A DNA stretch of 64,000 bases, from NCBI RefSeq assembly GCF_009914755.1, contig NC_060939.1, one strand, 5' to 3'. How positions within the stretch are numbered: position 1 is the first letter of the stretch; each line of letters begins with the position of its first letter. Both the position numbers and the translations under genes were made by a program. Shown one piece after another: positions 56,964 through 64,000 of this stretch. The notes beneath the pieces were generated by a model. The model saw only the letters and a list, made by a program, of their open reading frames with translations, had not been told where the DNA came from and searched no databases. The stretch comes from the human T2T-CHM13v2.0 reference genome, Homo sapiens.

Positions 56964-57080
56964 GAAAGAAATTACAGTATTTATTTGAACCATACCATGT
57001 TATTGAAAGCAATACTCTTACACTGTGGGATCCCAGAAGATAAACTCAGTCAAGTCTACATTATTCTGTATGATGCTGTG
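56964..57080 (+). CDS. EIF2AK4: Exon 26 (117 nt), ERNYSIYLNH...ILYDAV
   Basis: tcccag|GAA ... GTG|gtaagc; phase 0/0. Confidence 0.97.
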
Positions 57081-58631
57081 GTAAGCATTTAATTACTTAT
57101 GATGTTGAAAGATAATACCTTGATGTTGAAAGATAATAATAATAGTTCCTGATGATTTTCTTACCCATGCAGCCATGAAACTGAATTGGGAGCCTTATCT
57201 CCTTCCTTCATTGCTCTAAATTGAAAGAACCAATTGATTTTAATTATATCAACAGTTAACAAGTATTGGTTGAGCTTTTGTTCCATCCTCAGCCCTGTAC
57301 TACTAATAACCTCCGGGGTGTTTTTTAAAAGGCTAACTTCTAATTTTAAAAGATCAAATTATTTAATTTGTCAGATAGTAAAGTTATTCACTAACCTACT
57401 TATTAAGGCAAATCACTAAGTAATTGGTCCTGATACTTGCCAATAATAATTTCAAAGATAGTTAACATTGACTGAGCCCCGCTCTGTGAGCTAGGCATTG
57501 TTCTGAGCTCCTCTGATGGATGAACTCACTTCATTCTCACACCAGTGCTGCTATTACCTTTCCTTTAGAGACCAAGAGCAACTGTTCATATTGAGAATAA
57601 ACAGTGTGCCTTGCCCTTGATTCTTCCAGTCTGCCTGTGCTTATCAGTAAAGTCATGTATAGATTTGCATTGATTGAATTAAGGCAGAATGGCTTCGAAC
57701 TCTGGTGGGGCCTCATTTACCACCTCCTTCCTGTGGGACTGAGGCTATGGCACCTCCAGTTACTCTTCCCTAATTTAGTCACATCATAGTATTCATTACT
57801 TTATAGTATATGTGCGGGTACAGAGACTGGAAGGGGACGCATTGAAAAAATGAATTAGTGTTATATTATGATGCTAAGATGGAAGTGAATGCTTATGTTT
57901 TCTAATATCTTTTCATGTTAAGTTTTGTTTTCATAATGAATAAGAGGCATCCAGGAGATGTAAGAACTAACAGCACCAGAAAGTCTATGGTTAAGACAGA
58001 GTAGTGGAAGTCCTCACATAATGGCTTATTGTTTTTATACACCAAAAGGATTAACTAGCTTTTCTTTCATCTGGCAGGTACACATCAATGGCCCAAACTT
58101 TACTGCTTGTTTCTTAGTGGTTCTTTACTCCCCCTAAAGCTCTGCTGCTGTTTGTCAGTGACAGATACAATATGATGTCAATCGGACACTGGCAGAAACC
58201 CCAGGGATTGTGCAAGGGGCTTCAGCTCTTACTGATTCATGTCCTGCGGCTACGGCACATCTGCCAGCGTGGGATGAAATGCCCAGAGCCTGGCCTTTGT
58301 TAGGGGAGCCCAGAGCAAAATGACTCCCTCCCTGCCCAAACAAATGCCCTCATTAAGCCTGTCCAGATTTGGGTCACCTCACCATTCAGCAAGTACAACT
58401 TTCCCCTTTTAATTCTTTTGTCAGGGTTTTTCAGATTTTAAAATAAGTTAATTACGGTTTTGTGTGAATTGGGAGAAAAAATTTTTTAATCACAGAATTC
58501 AATCTATCCTGTACCATTAGGAGCAGTTTGTTCAAAATGAAGGCTATACTTGTTAGAATTCGCCTGGAAATTGTGTCTTGTTCAGTGCCAGATTTCGCGA
58601 CTCTCATTGTTACCTTTTTCTTCCACGTTAG

Positions 58632-58697
58632 ACAGAGAAGCTGACGAGGAGAGAAGTGGAAGCTAAATTTTGTAATCTGTCTTTGTCTTCTAATAGT
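58632..58697 (+). CDS. EIF2AK4: Exon 27 (66 nt), TEKLTRREVEAKFCNLSLSSNS
   Basis: cgttag|ACA ... AGT|gtaagt; phase 0/0. Confidence 0.96.
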
Positions 58698-60514
58698 GTA
58701 AGTACCTTCTAATGGTATTATTACAGCTTTCTCTGTAATTTTGTGATACCAGAAAATGTCATCAAATTCTCGTTGCAGTAGGGTAGCAGCCAGCGCTTCC
58801 TACCACCTCGCAGATGCAGTTTTTCCCTTGAGTGTTAGGTACCATGGCAACCTCTGGGATTAGGAGAAGGGAGAAACTAATGCTGTGATCAAAGAATGTC
58901 TCTCCATGCTTCTTCTTGATACGCTGTAATCATCCTGCTCTTTCTTGATCAGCAGATACTTTTCTTTGTCACCCCTTATAGAGCTGTGCCTAGTAGAGCC
59001 TCCTGCTGAACATACCTAATACCAGTTGTCCTCTTTTGAATTAGATTATACAGGACTAGAAGGAGGCACAGAATTCTGCAAATTCATCTGGGGAGCTACC
59101 CTTCCCCTACCTCCATGTCTTCTAACTCCTCAGAGTTGAATTAAAGCTCTAGCTTTTCTGGTATATCTCTTAATCTTAAAATCTTACATTTGATCCCATC
59201 ATCAATAAGGGAAATCTTATGGAATAAACAGTTTGGTCATATTCTCTCTGTAGGCATCAGATTGATCCCAGATCTTTGGTACAGTAACCCACACTTAATT
59301 GAGTAGCTGAACAACAGAAGACAACAGGGATTTTGTACATTTTCCTGAATATTTAAATAAGGAAAGTTTTTTTTTAATTTCCCGGAACCTGTCTAGGCCC
59401 TTGTCTGACACTCAATTATATGATCTTGCATTGATCAGCAAAATTCACATATGGGATAGATTAAAATATGATTGTACACAGGGCAGGAAGAGTCACTCAA
59501 TCTTTCGGACACCTACAGTGTGGCAGGCACAATGGCAGGGATATAAAGAAGAGTCCCTAGACTGCATTCAGCTTCTTGGTTCATATTGGCCTTTAAAAAG
59601 CCATAAGGGGATATGCACAGCATGTATCTGCCCTCAACTCTGTAAAACAGCTTTCAGAGGGCACACGGAAACCAGAGTTCAAAGAAATCACCCCTTTGCG
59701 GGTAGGGAAAGTAAACCAGATGCATAGCACTAGGAGTTCTGAAAATTGAGCCAGGTTAAATCTTAAATATTTAATATTGGGGGAGATAGTAATGATATGC
59801 AAAGTAACACAACAGCTAAATATCCAAATATGAAGGACAATATACAGTATTTACATATAATCTAAACATGTACACAGCACACACCTATGTGCAGAAATAG
59901 TCCCATGTGTAAATAGCACAGAGAATCTGCACAAGACTGCTCAGTTCAATGATTCTATACCCAAGTTTCCAACCCAAAAGGTTATTTGGACTAAAGTCAC
60001 ATTTCAGAACATCTTTTTTTTTTTTTAAGAAAGTCTTATAAATATACATTCGGACGTAATAGCCACATTGGTTGTTCACATGTCAACTTCTTTTCTTTCT
60101 GTTAAATCTCTAACCACTGGTTATTCGATGATGCTAAGTGTTAATTAGACGTGTCTGATTCAGTTAAAAACAGAAAAATAGTATCTAATAAAGGCATTTG
60201 GTACTTTGATTATTTTAAAATGGACTCTAAGGGTATTAGGAAGGGGAGTAGAAATATTGCCAAAGAGTTTCACATATCTGACCCAGTCCTCTTATTTCAC
60301 AAATGAGACACCTGAGGCCCAAAGAGATGTTGTGATTTGTCCTGAGTCACATGGAGTTAGTTGATGATAGGGTGAGGACCAAAATCTGGAGATATTGACT
60401 TCAGTGCTTCTGGTAGTTTATTATTGGGGTAATTTAATGTTCAAATTTATAGAGAAGAAATCATTTTTATTTTCTTAAAAAAATATTTTAAATCGAATAC
60501 ATGATTTTAAATTT

Positions 60515-60704
60515 AAATTTTTTTCTTTTTATTTTTTTGAGACAGGGTCTTGCACTGTCACGCAGGCTAGATTACAGTGGCACAATCATAGTTCACTGTA
60601 ACCTCAAGCTCTTGGGCTCAAGAGATCTTTCTGCCTCAGCCTCCCACTTAATTTTTTTTTCTTTTTTATAGCGGGATAGCAGGCGTGAGCCATTGCATCC
60701 AGCC
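60515..60704 (-). mobile_element. Internally deleted old Alu
   Basis: Right arm joined to the Alu 5' terminus (CAGGCGTGAGCCA..CAGCC). Confidence 0.8.
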
Positions 60705-60725
60705 AAAATTTTTATCTTTAATCCC

Positions 60726-62977
60726 TCTATTAGTCTGCTGTCACACTGCTAATAAAGATATATCCGAGAGTGGGTAATTTATAAAGGAAAGAGGTTTAAT
60801 GGATTCACAGTTCCACATGGCTGGGGAGGCCTCACAATCATGGCAGAAGGCACGGAGGAGCAAGTCACGTCTTATATGGATGGCAGAAGGCAAGGAGGAG
60901 CAAGTCACATCTTATATGGATGGCAGAAGGCAAAGAGAGAGAACTTGTGCAGAGGAACTCCTCTTTATAAAACCATCAGATCTCGTGAGACTTATTCATT
61001 ATCACAAGACCAGCATGGGAAGGACCCGCCCCCACGATTCAATTACCTCCCACTGGGTCCCTCCCATGACACAGGGGAATTGTGGGAGCTACAGTTCAAG
61101 ATGAAATTTGCATGGGGACACAGCTAAACCATATCATTCTACCCATGGCCCCTCCCAAATTTCATGTCCTCACATCTCAAAACCAATCATGCCTTCCTGA
61201 CAGTCCCCCACAGTCTTAACTCATTTCAGCATTAACTCAAAAGTCCACAGTCCAAAGTCTCATCTGAAACAAGGCAAGTCCCTTCCGCCTATGAGCCTGT
61301 AAAATCAAAAACAAGTGAGTTACTTCCTGGATACAATGAGAGTACAGGCATTGGATAAATACACCCATTCCAAATGGGAGAAATTGGCCAAAACAAAGGG
61401 GCTAAAGGCCCCATGCAAGTCTAGAATCCAGCAGGGCAGTCAAATCTGAAAGCTCCAAAATGATCTCCTTTGACTCCATGTCTCACACCCAGGTGATGCT
61501 GATGCCAGGGGTAGGCTCCCATGGCCTTGGGCAGCTCCCCACCTGTGGCTTTGCAGGGTACAGCCTCCCTCCTGGATGCTTCCATGGACTAGCATTTAGT
61601 AGGGACTCTGTATGGGGGCTGCAAACCCACATTTCCCTTCTGCACTGCCCTAGCAGAGGTTCTCCATAAGAGCCCCACCCCTGCAGCAAACTTCTGCCTG
61701 GGCATCCAGGCGTTTCCATACATCCTCTGTAATCTAGGCGGAGGTTCCCAAACCTCAATTCTTGTTTTCCGTGCATCTGCAGGCTCAACAGCACATGGAA
61801 GCTGCCAAAGCTTGGGGCTTGAACCCTCTGAAGCAACAGCCTGAGCTGTACATACCTTGGCCCCCTTTAGCCATGGGTGGAGCAGCTTAGACACAGGGCA
61901 CCAAGTCCCTAAGCTACATAGAGGAGGGGGGCCCTGGGGCCAGCCCACGAAACCATTTTTTCCTCCTAGGCCTCCAGGCCTGTGATGGGAGGGCCTGCCA
62001 TGAAGACCTCTGACATGCCCTGGAGACATTTTCCCCATTGTTTTGGTGATTAACACTTGGCTCCTTGTTACTTATGCAAATTTCTGCCGCTGGCTTGAAT
62101 TTTTCCTCAGAGAATGGGGTTTTCTTTCCTGTCTCATTGTCAGGCTGCAAATTTTCTGAATTTTTATGCTCTGTTTTCCTTTTAAAACTGAATGGTCTTA
62201 ACAGCACCCAAGTCACCTCTTGATGCTTTGTTGCTTAGAAATTTCTTCTGCCAGGTACCCAAAATCATCTCCCTCAAGTTCAAAGTTTCACAAATCTCTA
62301 GGGCAGGGGCAAAATTCTGCCAGTCTCTTTGCTAAAACATAGCAAGAATCACCTTTACTTCAGTTCCCAACAAGTTCCTCATCTCCATCTGAGACCACCT
62401 CAGCCTGGATTTCATTGACCACATCATTATCAGCATTTTGGTCAAAGCCATTCAACAAGTCTCTAGGAAGTTCCAAACTTTCCCCCATTTTCCTGTCTTC
62501 TTCTGAGCCCTCCAAACTGTTCCAACCTCTGCCTGTTACCCAGTTCCAAAGTCACTTCCACATTTTTGGGTATCTTTACAGCCCAACTCTACCGGTACCA
62601 ATTTACTGTATTAGTTTGTTCTCGTGCTGCTAATAAAGACATACACGAAACTGCGTAATTTATAAAGGAAAGAGGTTTAATGAACTCACAGTTCTCTGTG
62701 GCTGAGGAGGCCTCACAATCATGGTGGAAAGCAAAGAGGAACAAGTCATGTCTTACATGGTTGGCAGCAGGCAAAGAGAGAGAACTTGTGCAGGGAAACT
62801 CCTCTTTATAAAACCATCAGATCTTGTGAGACTTATTCACTATCATGAGACTATCATGGGAAGGACCCGCCCACATGATTCAGTTACCTCCCACTGGATC
62901 CCTCCCATGACACATGGGAATTGTGGGAGCTACAATTCAAGATGAGATTTGAGTAGGGACACAGCCAAACCATATCA
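60726..62977 (-). mobile_element. THE1B-type MaLR provirus: 3' LTR 60726-61136, internal 61137-62606, 5' LTR 62607-62977
   Basis: Two homologous ~370-410 bp LTRs (T.TATTAGT...AAACCATATCA, the reverse complement of TGATATGGTTT...ACTAATACA) around THE1-int sequence; the 3' LTR carries a 39-bp internal tandem duplication. Confidence 0.93.
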
Positions 62978-63852
62978 AGATTATAGGAGGTTTTAACATT
63001 TTTTGGGTTTTTTAAAAATTTAAGTGATTTATGATTAACTCTAAGATTAAGCTATGTCAATCTGAGCCTTCATTTAGCCCTTAGGTTTCATGTGCCAATT
63101 TATGGATGAACTAGGTTGTACTTGCCTACAGTCTTAAAATGGCTATAATTTTGTTTCTTAATAATTTCTACTTTAGCTCCTGGGAGTTTTCTTTCTGGCT
63201 TTATGACTATGGTTGTTTCCTCTTACTCCAGCTGAGTACCAGGGACTGTGAGATCAATCATCTCTAGCCACTGACCTCTTCTGGGGCAGTCTATGAGTAC
63301 AGCTGGTGACCGCCAGGATCTGGCATCCAGGTGGGAGGAGAGGGAAGGGAGGATCAGGAGGCTGCCCACAGGAGAAGACATCTCAAGGTTGCAAATAGGA
63401 ATGATTCAAGCCAAGGAAGGGAATTTCTAGCTAATTCTGTATTAAAACAAGTCAGACTTTGCCTTATTGTCCCCCCATGTCTATGCCTGCAGTAACAGGA
63501 ATTCATGAGAATAAGAAAGGTAAAGAGGAAAAATACTGGCCTGAAAATAGATAATGGAAGCTCTGCTAGTGCCAGGGTCTGCTTTGCTGGGGTCAGCATT
63601 AAGTGTGAGTAAATGTATCTGAATAAAAGTGAACCATGAGTATGTGTCTAAAGCATTCCTGCAAGGTGCTTTCAAGTTGTTGGAAAAGGATAATCCTTAG
63701 TCAGGATTGTGGCAAAGCCTAAAATAATCTTTGACCACAAAGATAATCGTAGCATCCCATGTGCTCCTGCTCCTGCAGGTGCACACAGTCGGTGCAAAGG
63801 GAGTCTTCCCCTGCTGTGGATGGGCAGCTGACTGTGCCCCTTTGCTTTCCAG

Positions 63853-64000
63853 CTGTGTCGACTCTACAAGTTTATTGAACAGAAGGGAGATTTGCAAGAT
63901 CTTATGCCAACAATAAATTCATTAATAAAACAGAAAACAGGTATTGCACAGTTGGTGAAGTATGGCTTAAAAGACCTAGAGGAGGTTGTTGGACTGTTGA
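63853..64000 (+). CDS. EIF2AK4: Exon 28 (partial, truncated by window end), LCRLYKFIEQKG...LEEVVGLL
   Basis: ttccag|CTG; frame stays open to the window end. Confidence 0.96.
   Translation, partial: MCRLYKFIEQKGDLQDLMPTINSLIKQKTGIAQLVKYGLKDLEEVVGLL

Noticed and set aside
60799-62945. ORFs within the LTR element
   Set aside because: Fragmented THE1 LTR/internal translations; MaLRs are non-autonomous.

Overview
Human (or very close great-ape) genomic DNA from the interior of EIF2AK4 (GCN2, the eIF2-alpha kinase of the amino-acid-starvation arm of the integrated stress response), on the + strand. I can trace 24 consecutive coding exons whose phases join into one open frame: charged linker, pseudokinase, active kinase with its GC-rich insert, then the HisRS-like domain. 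Exon numbers 5-28 and residue numbers come from my recall of the canonical transcript; the last exon runs off the window end. Introns hold about 30 Alus, a 5'-inverted L1PA with a nested Alu, a two-LTR THE1B-type MaLR provirus, MER DNA transposons and L2/MIR/L1M relics. Nearly all ORF-track entries outside the exons are repeat-derived or chance. I see no prokaryote-style novel system. The best leads are: (1) a read-through frame, stop and triple AATAAA behind exon 5 that could give an RWD-only GCN2; (2) a probable antisense retrocopy of an unidentified 3'UTR inserted into a MER30 in intron 13; (3) an intragenic CpG island over exon 12; (4) an antisense THE1B LTR that keeps a DUX4-type motif; (5) an unexplained ~170-bp duplication in intron 19; (6) a 37-bp micro-retroinsertion with a 19-bp target-site duplication (TSD).
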